Source of the DNA: Candidatus Parcubacteria bacterium
Lineage (GTDB): Bacteria; Patescibacteriota; Minisyncoccia; Phycocordibacterales; UBA5272
NCBI GenBank assembly: GCA_039796775.1
Contig: JBDKJD010000005.1
Location: 1-53,342 of the forward strand
Reading direction: 5' to 3'
DNA length: 53,342 nucleotides
In this document: piece by piece, positions 1-8,835 of the stretch
Layout of the letters: the number at the start of each line of letters is the position of its first letter
How positions within the stretch are numbered: the first letter of the stretch is position 1
Program-made: the position numbers and the translations under genes
Notes under the pieces: model-generated
Database searches by the model: none
What the model saw: only the letters and a program-made list of their open reading frames with translations
Told to the model about the DNA's origin: nothing

Positions 1-230
1 CTTGTGGGCCCGCAAAACACAAATTCCCCCGCGTATATGCTTGTTATTTTGTGTTTGGCGGGCCCACAGCACGACACCTGCGTGTCATGCGTGAGGAATC
101 GAAAGGCGGAACCTTATCGAGCGACCACGCGAGATGGTGAGCCGGGGTCGAGAAATTTTGAGAGCGACGGCGAACAAAATATTCGTGACCGAATTTCCTC
201 GTGGGCCCGCAAAAATAAGGAGCACGTTTA
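1..230. other. GC-rich structured non-coding element (candidate ncRNA, family not identified)
   Basis: There is no convincing ORF. A 60-nt sample (61-120) is about 58% G+C, against about 30-40% nearby. GTGGGCCCGCAAAA occurs at 4-17 and 201-214, with an inverted copy at 57-67. Positions 4-23 pair with 48-67 (20 bp, 1 mismatch). GAGGAA (94-99) can pair with TTCCTC (195-200). Confidence 0.3.
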
Positions 231-308
231 GTGCGACTATATTTTTGCAGGGTGCTGCGTACTCGCAGCCAAGCAAAAGAATAGTGAGTGTATCCAGCTT
301 GGTTGTGT

Positions 309-350
309 TATTGTATTACTACAAACTATAAACTACTGACTACAAACTGC
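309..350 (-). repeat. Heptamer tract with TAG every 7 nt, read on the minus strand, just 3' of the stop of CDS 354..1208
   Basis: The reverse complement reads gtttgTAGtcagTAGtttaTAGtttgTAGtaatac. Confidence 0.6.
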
Positions 351-353
351 TCT

Positions 354-1208
354 TTATTTCCTCTCCTCAATTTTAAACGCCCCAGTCTTGTTGTTGATGG
401 TAACTACAAACTTTTCAGAAAATTCTTGCGGAAGTGATACGAGATTTTTGTCAGTCATCGCTTCTAGGGATGACGGGTATACGCCTGTTATTGTTTTGTA
501 TGCGAGGATGCCACGCTCAAGCATGGTAGTGAGCACTTCTTTTTCAAGACCGAGACCTAGTACTTTTTTTAATGTTTCATCATTAGTTGTATCATAAATC
601 ACTTTCACTAAATCAAATGACGCTTTGTAGCCTTTGACTTCATTGATAACAAAAGAAGAGTAATTGAGATACACCCCAGGTGGTGCATTTTTCTTCTCTG
701 CGGCTATTTTTAAATACTCTTTGGCTATGTTATAAGACTTTGTGAATAGATAGTATTGAGTTCCGAGATGATAGGGGATTTGCCAGCTTGTAGGGATGGT
801 TTCTATTCCTCGCTTGGCAACCTCTGCTACTTGATTCAAACGGTCGATATCATTTCTGTCTTGTGGAATAGTCCATATAGCGAAGAGATAAGGGTGTTCA
901 AAGCGTGGGTCAAGCGTTGATATGTTTTTGAAATAATCTAAAAAGAAAAGTTCTTCCCCATTCCAAGCCACGAAATCTTGTATCGCGCGTAACCAATAAA
1001 TGTCTGCCAAAAATGTCTTGAATCCAAAATGTCCATATGATAGCAACTCAGCCGGGATGAGATCTCGTTTGACTGCTTCTAATCTAAGTGAATAGGGTGG
1101 GGAAACTTTATCATAGTGTACATGAATTAATGAAGTGATACATAGTAAAGAAAGAGACAGCACTATGACAAGTATTTTTTCTTTATGATGTAACAGACTA
1201 ATCTTCAT
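354..1208 (-). CDS. Hypothetical membrane-anchored protein (N-terminal TM helix, helical repeat-like body)
   Basis: This is the track ORF 354..1268 trimmed to the internal ATG (MKISLLHH...). That start lies 5 nt after the stop of the upstream permease gene. The protein has a hydrophobic N-terminal helix and no recognisable catalytic motif. Confidence 0.6.
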   Translation of the reverse strand: MKISLLHHKEKILVIVLSLSLLCITSLIHVHYDKVSPPYSLRLEAVKRDLIPAELLSYGHFGFKTFLADIYWLRAIQDFVAWNGEELFFLDYFKNISTLDPRFEHPYLFAIWTIPQDRNDIDRLNQVAEVAKRGIETIPTSWQIPYHLGTQYYLFTKSYNIAKEYLKIAAEKKNAPPGVYLNYSSFVINEVKGYKASFDLVKVIYDTTNDETLKKVLGLGLEKEVLTTMLERGILAYKTITGVYPSSLEAMTDKNLVSLPQEFSEKFVVTINNKTGAFKIEERK

Positions 1209-1212
1209 GTAA

Positions 1213-1980
1213 TTAAAAATCTCTTTTCTTGAAAACATTAACAGCGATGAGAAGGAGAAGCGCGCCACATACTACTCCATAGATAATGGTATATAAGAGC
1301 ATCGGAAGAGATGGTAATGTTCCGTACACTACATCATTTCGTATATTGAACTTCTCAAAGTTGGGGACAATGGTGTATATGGTTTTGAAAACATATTCAG
1401 TTATTACATTATCGGTATATGTGAACATAAAACGATAAATATCTCCACCGTGAGCAATAAAATATACGGCCAGTGAAGAAATAAAAGCAAGCACCGGAGA
1501 CATAAACGATGAGAAGAGTAATGCAATCAGTATAAGAAGAATAGACTCAATAAAAGAAAGTGCGGCAGATAGGGTGATGGCAGGAATATAGCTCGTATTT
1601 CCAACAATCAGAAGTAGTACAAACAAAAATATTGTTGATAAAACAGTTACTGCGAATGTTGTTGTGGCGAGACCAAGCATTTTGCCTATAATAATTGCTT
1701 GGCGAGAGATTGGTTTTGGAATGATGAGATAAAAGGTTTTGCGTTCTATTTCTTTGTACATCAAGAAAGAACCGATGAACAATGCGATAAACACCTGAAG
1801 GAGGTATATTGCAGTGATGCTGAAGTTGGTGATAATACGCACATTGTGGTCATGAGAAATTGATCCAACAAAAAGACTAAACAAAATAATCCCAATAATA
1901 ACGAACCATACAGACATAAGTACTCGGTCACGAATAGTCTCTAGGAATGTATTTTTGGCGATAGTGATAATAGTATTCAT
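1213..1980 (-). CDS. ABC-2 type transporter permease
   Basis: A 255-aa polytopic membrane protein encoded directly downstream of the ABC ATPase gene. The architecture is typical of ABC-2 exporters. Confidence 0.7.
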   Translation of the reverse strand: MNTIITIAKNTFLETIRDRVLMSVWFVIIGIILFSLFVGSISHDHNVRIITNFSITAIYLLQVFIALFIGSFLMYKEIERKTFYLIIPKPISRQAIIIGKMLGLATTTFAVTVLSTIFLFVLLLIVGNTSYIPAITLSAALSFIESILLILIALLFSSFMSPVLAFISSLAVYFIAHGGDIYRFMFTYTDNVITEYVFKTIYTIVPNFEKFNIRNDVVYGTLPSLPMLLYTIIYGVVCGALLLLIAVNVFKKRDF

Positions 1981-1992
1981 AGGGAGTGTGTA

Positions 1993-2736
1993 TTATATTG
2001 CTTGTTTCCTTGATAATCGCTCTTTAGTAATCATTGACACAAAAGCCTCTTCGAGATCTCTGTGCTCACCTTTTAATACTTCCGGTGTTCCGATAGCTAG
2101 CAGTGAACCATTATCGATAATAGCTACCTGATCACACACTTCTTCTACATCTGCCAAGATGTGAGTGTTAATGAATACAGTTTTGCCAGACTGCTTTATT
2201 TTTTTGAGTATCTTCTTGATATCAGCTCTCCCTAGAGGGTCGAGTCCGTCTAGTGGTTCATCGAGGAAGAGCAGCTTCGGATTATTCAGCATCGCTTGAG
2301 CTAAGCCAAGACGTTGTAACATTCCTTTGGAATACGTCCTTATTTTTTTATGAGCACCATGCACAAGATCAACTTCTTCCAAAATAGTATGTATGACATG
2401 TTTTTTGTTAGGCAACGAAAAGAGATCAGCTATCATGGTCAAAAATTCTTCTCCTGTTAAGTATTGATAGAACTGGGGAGATTCCGGCATAAACCCAATA
2501 TCATGCTTGATTGTAGTAGAAGAAGGATCTTCACCAAAAATTTTGACAGAGCCGCTCGTTGGGCGACTTAGACCGACTAACATTTTTATGGTAGATGTTT
2601 TGCCGGCTCCGTTTGGTCCAATGAATCCAAAGACAGTACCTTCTTCTATATCAAAAGAAATATTTTTTACTATGTGAGATATCTTTTTGCCCAGCTTGTA
2701 CTCTTTTTTGAGATTAGTTACTTCTATTGCTTTCAT
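1993..2736 (-). CDS. ABC transporter ATP-binding protein
   Basis: Walker A is GPNGAGKTS, the signature-like motif is YSKGMLQRL, and Walker B is LLFLDEP. Confidence 0.9.
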   Translation of the reverse strand: MKAIEVTNLKKEYKLGKKISHIVKNISFDIEEGTVFGFIGPNGAGKTSTIKMLVGLSRPTSGSVKIFGEDPSSTTIKHDIGFMPESPQFYQYLTGEEFLTMIADLFSLPNKKHVIHTILEEVDLVHGAHKKIRTYSKGMLQRLGLAQAMLNNPKLLFLDEPLDGLDPLGRADIKKILKKIKQSGKTVFINTHILADVEEVCDQVAIIDNGSLLAIGTPEVLKGEHRDLEEAFVSMITKERLSRKQAI

Positions 2737-2810
2737 GTGGTATATGGTAACAGATCTAAATTCTACTTCAAGACTAGACAGTCTGATTAGTACGTGTGAG
2801 ATTCTTGTCC

Positions 2811-2845
2811 ACTAGTAACTATTAACCATTGACTATAAACTAAGA
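2811..2845 (+). repeat. Five heptamers (actagta actatta accattg actataa actaaga) ending 5 nt before the gap ATG
   Basis: Direct reading shows TAG or TAA in four of the five units (accattg has none). There is no AGGAG-like SD between the tract and the start codon. Confidence 0.65.
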
Positions 2846-2850
2846 AATAT

Positions 2851-3969
2851 ATGGACAAAAAAATTCGCGTAGGTATTAATGGTTTTGGGCGCATAGGAAG
2901 AGCTTTTTTTAAGATTGCGTATGACAATCCTAATCTAGAAGTGGTCGCCGTGAATGACCTTGGAGATATACATAATCTCGCATATCTCCTCCAGTATGAC
3001 ACAGTATATAGAGTGTCACATTTTGATGTTCATCCAGAAGTGAATGAGACAAGTGCTGGATTCTCTCCTGATGTTGGTGGTATTCCTGCTAAAACTGAAC
3101 AGTATCTTCTCACGGAGGGTCATGATGGTGAACGACGTATTAGAGTATTTCAAGAGAAAGATCCAAGTGCTATCCCTTGGGGCACACTCGATGTCGATGT
3201 GGTGATTGAGTCCACTGGGCTCTTTGTTACTTATGACAAGGCAGCAGCTCATTTGAAGGGGGGAGCTAAGCATGTGGTCATATCTGCTCCAGCCAAGAAA
3301 GGAGAAGATGAGTCTGTTAAAGGTGAGACCATCCTCATGGCTATCAATGAAGAAAAGTTCGGCACATGCCAAGTGACTTCAAATGCATCATGTACTACTA
3401 ACGCTTCATCTCCTGTTATTGCTATTTTGGATGAAGCTATTGGTATTGATAAAGCTATCCTAAACACAGTACATTCATATACTGCGTCACAATCAATTGT
3501 TGATGGACCAAACAAAAAAGATTTTCGTGAGGGACGTGCTGCTGCACAGAATATCGTACCATCTTCAACAGGAGCTGCGATTGCTGTCACCAAAGCATTC
3601 CCTTCACTTGAAGGACTCTTTGATGGTGTATCTATTCGTGTACCTACTCCTGCTGGGTCTATTGCTGATATTACGTTTATTGCTAAGCGAGAGACTACAA
3701 AAGATGAAGTCAATGAGATATTGCGTCAAGCTGCTCAAACTGAGAGATGGGGTGGAATATTCCAAGCAACAGATGAGGAGCTTGTATCGAGTGATATTAT
3801 CGGACTCCCATACGCGTCTATTGCTGATCTTAAGATGACTCGAGTTGTCGGAGGTAATCTTGTGAAGATACTCGCTTGGTATGACAATGAGATGGGGTAC
3901 ACTAACACACTTGTTGAACACGCTATTAAAGCAGGAAGAGCTATTCAGACAATAGACAATAGACAATAG
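2851..3969 (+). CDS. gap: Glyceraldehyde-3-phosphate dehydrogenase
   Basis: NAD-binding motif INGFGRIGR, active-site motif SNASCTTN, and C-terminal WYDNEMGY. There is an extra loop after residue ~55. The last codons (TIDNRQ*) are encoded by the ACAATAG array. Confidence 0.9.
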   Translation: MDKKIRVGINGFGRIGRAFFKIAYDNPNLEVVAVNDLGDIHNLAYLLQYDTVYRVSHFDVHPEVNETSAGFSPDVGGIPAKTEQYLLTEGHDGERRIRVFQEKDPSAIPWGTLDVDVVIESTGLFVTYDKAAAHLKGGAKHVVISAPAKKGEDESVKGETILMAINEEKFGTCQVTSNASCTTNASSPVIAILDEAIGIDKAILNTVHSYTASQSIVDGPNKKDFREGRAAAQNIVPSSTGAAIAVTKAFPSLEGLFDGVSIRVPTPAGSIADITFIAKRETTKDEVNEILRQAAQTERWGGIFQATDEELVSSDIIGLPYASIADLKMTRVVGGNLVKILAWYDNEMGYTNTLVEHAIKAGRAIQTIDNRQ

Positions 3970-3996
3970 ACAATAGACAATAGACAACAGATACAG
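3949..3996 (+). repeat. (ACAATAG)x5 plus two degenerate units, containing the gap stop codon
   Basis: A perfect tandem heptamer runs 3949-3983, followed by acaacag and atacag. The gap TAG at 3967-3969 lies inside it. Confidence 0.9.
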
Positions 3997-4011
3997 ATTC
4001 ATTATACATCT

Positions 4012-4368
4012 ATGGCTTCGTATAAAGATTTAATCGTTTGGCAAAAGTCTTACGAGTTAAGTATCTTGATTTATGCCATCACTAAGAAGTTTCCTAAGGA
4101 AGAAATTTTTGGTTTAACTTCTCAAATGAGAAGAGCAGCGGTGTCTATCCCTTCTAATGTAGCAGAAGGAAACATAAGATTTGGCAAAAAAGAAAATGCG
4201 CAGTTTTTAAAAATTGCTTACGGTTCTGCTGCTGAATTAGAAACCCAACTTTTAATTTCTAAAGATTTGGGCTATGTGATAGAAAAAGATTATACTATAG
4301 CAGTGAGTCTCTTAAATGAAGTCATGAAAATACTTTATACTTTATTGGTCCGTGTACCTAATGTCTAA
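4012..4368 (+). CDS. Four-helix-bundle protein (23S rRNA intervening-sequence protein / Avd-like family)
   Basis: Family hallmarks are YKDLIVWQKSYEL, IPSNVAEG and GSAAELETQL, and the 118-aa length fits. Confidence 0.8.
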   Translation: MASYKDLIVWQKSYELSILIYAITKKFPKEEIFGLTSQMRRAAVSIPSNVAEGNIRFGKKENAQFLKIAYGSAAELETQLLISKDLGYVIEKDYTIAVSLLNEVMKILYTLLVRVPNV

Positions 4369-4389
4369 TATCTTATGTCTATTGTCTAT
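4362..4389 (-). repeat. Inverted copy of the ATAGACA heptamer array (tgtctaa tatctta tgtctat tgtctat)
   Basis: TGTCTAT is the reverse complement of ATAGACA, a cyclic permutation of the 3949-3996 unit. The tract spans the four-helix-bundle gene stop and the rpiB start (ATG 4375). Confidence 0.8.
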
Positions 4390-4845
4390 TTAGCTACTGA
4401 TCACGCAGGGTTTAATTTAAAAGAAGAAGTAAAGGCTTACTTAGAAGAAAAAGGGCAGGAGGTCTATGACTGCGGGGCTCTCACTTTTGAGTCAGGAGAT
4501 GATTACCCGCATTTTATTTCTCTTGCAGCAGAAAAGGTGCAACATGATTCCATGCATGAACCATCTATGGCTGTAATCTTCGGTGGATCAGGTCAAGGAG
4601 AAGCTATCATGGCTAATCGTTATCGTCATGTAAGAGCTATCGTGTATGCCGGAGGGAATCTTGAGTTGATCAAATTAGGTCGCGAACACAATGATGCGAA
4701 CGTGCTATCAATCGGTGCGCGCTTCGTAGAGAAGAATGAGGCGATACAAGCGCTTGAATTATTTTTGTCTACACCATTTTCACATGAGGAGCGACACTCA
4801 GAGCGTGTTATACAGATTGATGAAATAAGTAAGCATATTGTATAA
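4375..4845 (+). CDS. rpiB: Ribose-5-phosphate isomerase B (RpiB/LacA/LacB family)
   Basis: N-terminal ATDHAGFNLKE, with GSGQGEAIMANR typical of the family. Confidence 0.85.
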   Translation: MSIVYLATDHAGFNLKEEVKAYLEEKGQEVYDCGALTFESGDDYPHFISLAAEKVQHDSMHEPSMAVIFGGSGQGEAIMANRYRHVRAIVYAGGNLELIKLGREHNDANVLSIGARFVEKNEAIQALELFLSTPFSHEERHSERVIQIDEISKHIV

Positions 4846-4851
4846 AAGAAT

Positions 4852-5007
4852 ATGAACAAAGGAACACTTATTGTTGTAGGATTACTATTGCTCGCAATTT
4901 TATTTTCTCCTATTATTCCAAACATTAATGAAGAATGTGATGTGTACGGAAGAGAATGTGATGAGAGTAAGACTACAGTATCGATTTATGATAAATATTT
5001 TAAATAA
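4852..5007 (+). CDS. Possible 51-aa small membrane protein
   Basis: My own translation is MNKGTLIVVGLLLLAILFSPIIPNINEECDVYGRECDESKTTVSIYDKYFK*. It has one TM helix and starts 6 nt after the rpiB stop. It falls below the track cutoff. Confidence 0.3.
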   Translation: MNKGTLIVVGLLLLAILFSPIIPNINEECDVYGRECDESKTTVSIYDKYFK

Positions 5008-5040
5008 AATATTATTATGTATCTCGTTTCTAAAAAACGA

Positions 5041-5124
5041 CAGCTAAGAGCTAATAGCTAAAAGCAAACCGCTCTAGCTCTCCTTTCTCCACTAGTCACT
5101 AAGAACTAATCGCTATACACTAAG
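5041..5124 (+). repeat. Two heptamer tracts (NAGCTAA units at 5041-5068, CACTAAG-like units at 5090-5124) in the rpe leader
   Basis: The first tract reads cagctaa gagctaa tagctaa aagcaaa. The second reads cactagt cactaag aactaat cgctata cactaag, followed by agcATG. Confidence 0.7.
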
Positions 5125-5127
5125 AGC

Positions 5128-5787
5128 ATGTTCATTACTCCAGCTATCTTTCCACATTCATTTCATCATTTGCATGAATTATTGTTCAAGACAGAAGGTG
5201 TCACAAAGAGAGTGCAGATTGATTTGTGTGACGGCGTTATTGGTCTTGAGAGAACATGGCTCCCATATAAAGAAACTCATTTACCTGATGGGTTCGAATA
5301 TGAGTTCGATCTCATGATTAAAGATTGGGTTAAATTTTTAAAGAGAGCGCTGTCGCTTGGAGCTAAGCGAGTCATACTTCATATTGATGCTTGGGAAGGG
5401 CATGATTTTTTGATGTTGCAAGAAATAATGTCTCATCATAAACATGTGAGCGTTGGTTTTTCTATATCCAATGATTCTCCGATTGATAATTTTATTGAAA
5501 GAGTGTTGATAGAACGACGGAATTTTAATAATGTATTTGTGCAGGTTATGGGTATACGCCATATAGGAGCACAAGGACAAGCGTTCGACGACAGAGTTCT
5601 TTTTGTTATAGAGAAGATTAAACGACGTATGCCTGATATTAGTGTTCAAGTAGATGGTGCGATGAATAACAGTACTATTTTTTTGGTGAAGCGATCAGGG
5701 GCCGATACTGCTGTCGTTGGTTCAGCGATATATGGGGAGTCTAATATACGAAAAGCATATGAAGAGATACTTGAGTCTTCTTCATAA
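5128..5787 (+). CDS. rpe: Ribulose-phosphate 3-epimerase family protein (divergent)
   Basis: A TIM-barrel pattern fits: ITPAIF, QIDLCDG, VDGAMN and GADTAVVGSAIY. The gene sits between rpiB and tkt. Confidence 0.6.
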   Translation: MFITPAIFPHSFHHLHELLFKTEGVTKRVQIDLCDGVIGLERTWLPYKETHLPDGFEYEFDLMIKDWVKFLKRALSLGAKRVILHIDAWEGHDFLMLQEIMSHHKHVSVGFSISNDSPIDNFIERVLIERRNFNNVFVQVMGIRHIGAQGQAFDDRVLFVIEKIKRRMPDISVQVDGAMNNSTIFLVKRSGADTAVVGSAIYGESNIRKAYEEILESSS

Positions 5788-5850
5788 GATAGTCTCATAA
5801 GCTTCGACTATCCTCTACCTACTATAGAGTCTTCGCTGTATACTACGTGC

Positions 5851-6720
5851 ATGTATCCACTTACAGATGTAGAAGTACAAGCATTAACATTGCGAGCAGA
5901 AGATATCAGAGAGAGCATTATTAAGATGCTTACTGAAGCTGGGAGCGGTCATACAGCGGGACCGCTTGGTATGACTGATATATTCACTGCGCTCTATTTT
6001 AGATTTCTGAATCATAATCCACGTCATCCTGATTGGGTTCAGCGAGATAGGGTGATTCTCTCTAATGGTCATATCGCCCCAGTATTATATGCGACCATGG
6101 CTCATGCGGGGTACTTTTCTATTTCGGAGTTGAAGACACTTCGCAAGTTTGGTTCACGTCTCCAGGGGCACCCACACAGAGGGACACTTCCTGGTATTGA
6201 GACATCATCTGGCCCTCTTGGATCCGGGCTCTCACAAGCAATTGGTATGGCGCTTATGGATAGATTAGAACATCACAAACCAGACAGATATTTTTATTGT
6301 TGTATGGGGGATGGTGAGATCAATGAAGGACAAGTGTGGGAATCTTTTCTTCTTCTTAATAAATACAAATTAAACAAAGTGATATCAATCATCGATCGTA
6401 ATACTATTCAGATAGATGGATACACCGAAGATGTTCTACCGCTTGAGTCTCTCAAAGATAAAATGGAAGCATTTAATTTTCATGTGATAGAAATTGACGG
6501 TCACAACTTCCGTGACATCGGTACAGCGATAGGTAAAGCTAAGAGTACATTAGATAGACCAACTATCATTATCGCTCACACTATTCCAGGTAAGGGGGTT
6601 ACTCAATTTGAAGGTGATTATAGATGGCATGGCAAGTCTCCTAATAAAGAAGAGGCTAAGATGGCACTCAAAGAATTAAGAACGATGCGAGGAAAAGTTC
6701 TGCATTCAGAGATCGACTAA
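5851..6720 (+). CDS. tkt: Transketolase, N-terminal (thiamine-diphosphate binding) subunit
   Basis: Motifs GSGHTAGPLG, SNGH and GDGEINEGQVWE. This is a split-type transketolase. Confidence 0.9.
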   Translation: MYPLTDVEVQALTLRAEDIRESIIKMLTEAGSGHTAGPLGMTDIFTALYFRFLNHNPRHPDWVQRDRVILSNGHIAPVLYATMAHAGYFSISELKTLRKFGSRLQGHPHRGTLPGIETSSGPLGSGLSQAIGMALMDRLEHHKPDRYFYCCMGDGEINEGQVWESFLLLNKYKLNKVISIIDRNTIQIDGYTEDVLPLESLKDKMEAFNFHVIEIDGHNFRDIGTAIGKAKSTLDRPTIIIAHTIPGKGVTQFEGDYRWHGKSPNKEEAKMALKELRTMRGKVLHSEID

Positions 6721-6744
6721 CTTTTTATTGATATTAAGATTTAT

Positions 6745-7731
6745 ATGATACGAAAAACATTATTCACCCAACAAGAAGAAAGCAAAGCTACACGAGAAGG
6801 CTTTGGAGAAGGCTTGCTCTCAATTGGTCAAAAAGATTCTCGAGTCGTCGCGCTCTGTGCTGACTTAACTGAAAGTGTAAAGATGGATTCTTTCAGAAAT
6901 GCTTTTCCTGAAAGATTTTTTGAAGTTGGTATCACAGAACAAGCAATGTCAGGAGTTGCGTCCGGGATGGCTGCTATGGGGTATATTCCATTCATCGCTA
7001 GTTATGCGATGTTTAGTCCGGGACGTAATTGGGAACAGATACGAACGACTATTTGTTATAACAACATGCCAGTGAAGATAGTCGGGGCACATGCTGGGGT
7101 CTCAGTAGGGCCAGATGGTGCCACCCATCAAGCGATAGAAGATATCGCTATTATGAGAATGCTTCCTAATATGGAAGTGTATGTTCCTTGTGATGCTACA
7201 GAAGCCAAAGCTATTACAGAATATATCGCGACGAGTAATAAACCTGCGTATCTAAGATTAACAAGAGAAAAAACTCCTCTTATGGTGTTAGATAATTATG
7301 TGTGGCAACATGGCAAAATGTATAGCTTGTACACATCGCTTAATAAAAGCGGTGGAGATTATATGTATAATGTGGCTCTCATTGGCTCTGGTCCGATTCT
7401 CTATGAAGCTCTAAAAGCAGCGCCTCAATTAGAAAAGGAGGGAGTAGGAGTTCGAGTCATTAATGTTCCGCAGATCAAACCGCTCGATGTGGGAGGATTA
7501 TTGAGAATCGCCAAAGATGTTAAAGCAATTGTCACGGTAGAAGAGCATCAGATAGCGGGAGGGTTAGGAGGCTCGATAGCTGAATATTTAAGCGAGCACC
7601 ACCCTCTACGTATTGGTCGTATTGGTATACATGATAGATTCGGGCAAAGTGGAAAAGGGTTAGAATTATATGAAGAATACGGTCTCACCGCAAAACATAT
7701 TGTACAAAAAGTGAGAGAGACGTTGCACTAG
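6745..7731 (+). CDS. tkt: Transketolase, C-terminal (pyrimidine-binding) subunit
   Basis: Motifs GITEQAMSGVASG and GPDGATHQAIEDIA. It immediately follows the N-terminal subunit. Confidence 0.9.
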   Translation: MIRKTLFTQQEESKATREGFGEGLLSIGQKDSRVVALCADLTESVKMDSFRNAFPERFFEVGITEQAMSGVASGMAAMGYIPFIASYAMFSPGRNWEQIRTTICYNNMPVKIVGAHAGVSVGPDGATHQAIEDIAIMRMLPNMEVYVPCDATEAKAITEYIATSNKPAYLRLTREKTPLMVLDNYVWQHGKMYSLYTSLNKSGGDYMYNVALIGSGPILYEALKAAPQLEKEGVGVRVINVPQIKPLDVGGLLRIAKDVKAIVTVEEHQIAGGLGGSIAEYLSEHHPLRIGRIGIHDRFGQSGKGLELYEEYGLTAKHIVQKVRETLH

Positions 7732-7742
7732 TCAATAGATAA

Positions 7743-7773
7743 AGAGCCCCCGCACCGAAGGTGTGGGGGCTCT
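7743..7773. terminator. Bidirectional hairpin between tkt (+) and the PfkB kinase (-)
   Basis: agagcccccgcacc gaa ggtgtgggggctct forms 14 bp including one G.U pair. Confidence 0.7.
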
Positions 7774-7805
7774 AGTAACCAGTAACTATCAACCAGTAAC
7801 TATTC
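7773..7805 (+). repeat. CCAGTAA-family heptamer tract (tagtaaccagtaactatcaaccagtaactattc)
   Basis: The motif is the same as in the terminal array at 53216-53342. Confidence 0.7.
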
Positions 7806-8792
7806 TAATATCGTGAGTTCGTAATCAGCTGGCGCTTTCTTGAGTAATTCTTCTATCGCTTGTTCGGTCAATAATCCTTCTTGTGCTCCTACATGCTGCA
7901 CAACGTTCATACTATTGATTGGAGCTCTTTTGATAGCGTAGGTCGGATCATATCCTTTAGCTAGGTATGCGATAAAGGTAGAAAAGAATGCATCACCCGC
8001 TCCTGTTCTCTCATACGGTGGAGCAAGGTCCGGATACACTGGCATTTGGAAGTACGAGTGCTCGTATTTCATATAAGCACCATGAGGACCATCGGTGATA
8101 ATTGTTACTTTTGGACCAAGTGCTTCTATACCGTCTAAGAGTTCTTTCATATCGACTCCTTCTTTGTTCAATAGCCCTTCGGCTTCTTCTTTATTCATGC
8201 ACACTACTTCAGTTTTTTTGTAGAGTTCTGATATTTGTTCTTTGAATCCAAGCTGAAACGTTCCTGGTTGGAATGCTATTTTAACCTCGGGGTGGGATGT
8301 GGCATATTCCACAAGCTGATGATGGAAAGGAAGTGTGTGCTTGCCAAGTGAGCTCAAATAGACCCATGTAGGAGATCCAATCTCTGGGACGCGTGGCTCA
8401 TACTCTTCATGCTTAATAAGAATAGTTCTATCATCACCATACCATAGTACATAATGATAATTAGTCTTTTTATCATTAAAGACCTGCATGTGATCTGTCA
8501 CTACATTTTCTTTCTTAAGTTGTTCCAAAATAAGCTTCCCATTATCATCACCTCCAACAGAAGCGACGAGCGCAGATGATAGTCCGAGTCGCGCAGCTGA
8601 TACTGCAGCGTTCGCACTGTTCCCGACCGCTGGCAAGATATACACATCATCAAAAGGCACTTTTGCTCCATACGGTACACAAAGTTCTCTTCCGTGAGCT
8701 CCTTCTTCTATATGACCGATAGACATTTTGATAAAAGCATCAACTACAGTGTCACCGAAGGCGACAAAGTCTAGTTTGTTTGTATTTTCCAT
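7800..8792 (-). CDS. PfkB-family carbohydrate kinase (substrate unknown)
   Basis: Ribokinase-like fold signatures include the C-terminal TGAGDAF motif. Confidence 0.8.
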   Translation of the reverse strand: MENTNKLDFVAFGDTVVDAFIKMSIGHIEEGAHGRELCVPYGAKVPFDDVYILPAVGNSANAAVSAARLGLSSALVASVGGDDNGKLILEQLKKENVVTDHMQVFNDKKTNYHYVLWYGDDRTILIKHEEYEPRVPEIGSPTWVYLSSLGKHTLPFHHQLVEYATSHPEVKIAFQPGTFQLGFKEQISELYKKTEVVCMNKEEAEGLLNKEGVDMKELLDGIEALGPKVTIITDGPHGAYMKYEHSYFQMPVYPDLAPPYERTGAGDAFFSTFIAYLAKGYDPTYAIKRAPINSMNVVQHVGAQEGLLTEQAIEELLKKAPADYELTILE

Positions 8793-8835
8793 ATACCTTG
8801 AAGTATATCAGTTAGTATCGCTATACTGTGTTGAT

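Noticed and set aside
59-210. 5S rRNA, RNase P RNA or SRP RNA at the window start
   Set aside because: Only short resemblances exist: GATGGTG...GAGAGCGACGG versus 5S loop E, and minus-strand GAGGAAATTCGG versus RNase P CR-I. The length (152 nt between the closing helix arms) does not fit 5S. The CCGAAC-type loop C, the P4 partner strand and the SRP GNAR/AGCA motifs are all missing. It is left as unclassified.
3604-4002. The 132-aa minus-strand ORF beginning MNLYLLSIVYCLLSIVYCL
   Set aside because: The repeated LSIVYCL peptide is simply the antisense reading of the ACAATAG array. The rest is antisense to gap.
4012-4368. The Avd-like four-helix-bundle gene as part of a diversity-generating retroelement
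   Set aside because: No reverse transcriptase ORF and no template/variable repeat pair with adenine-specific differences is visible anywhere in the window.
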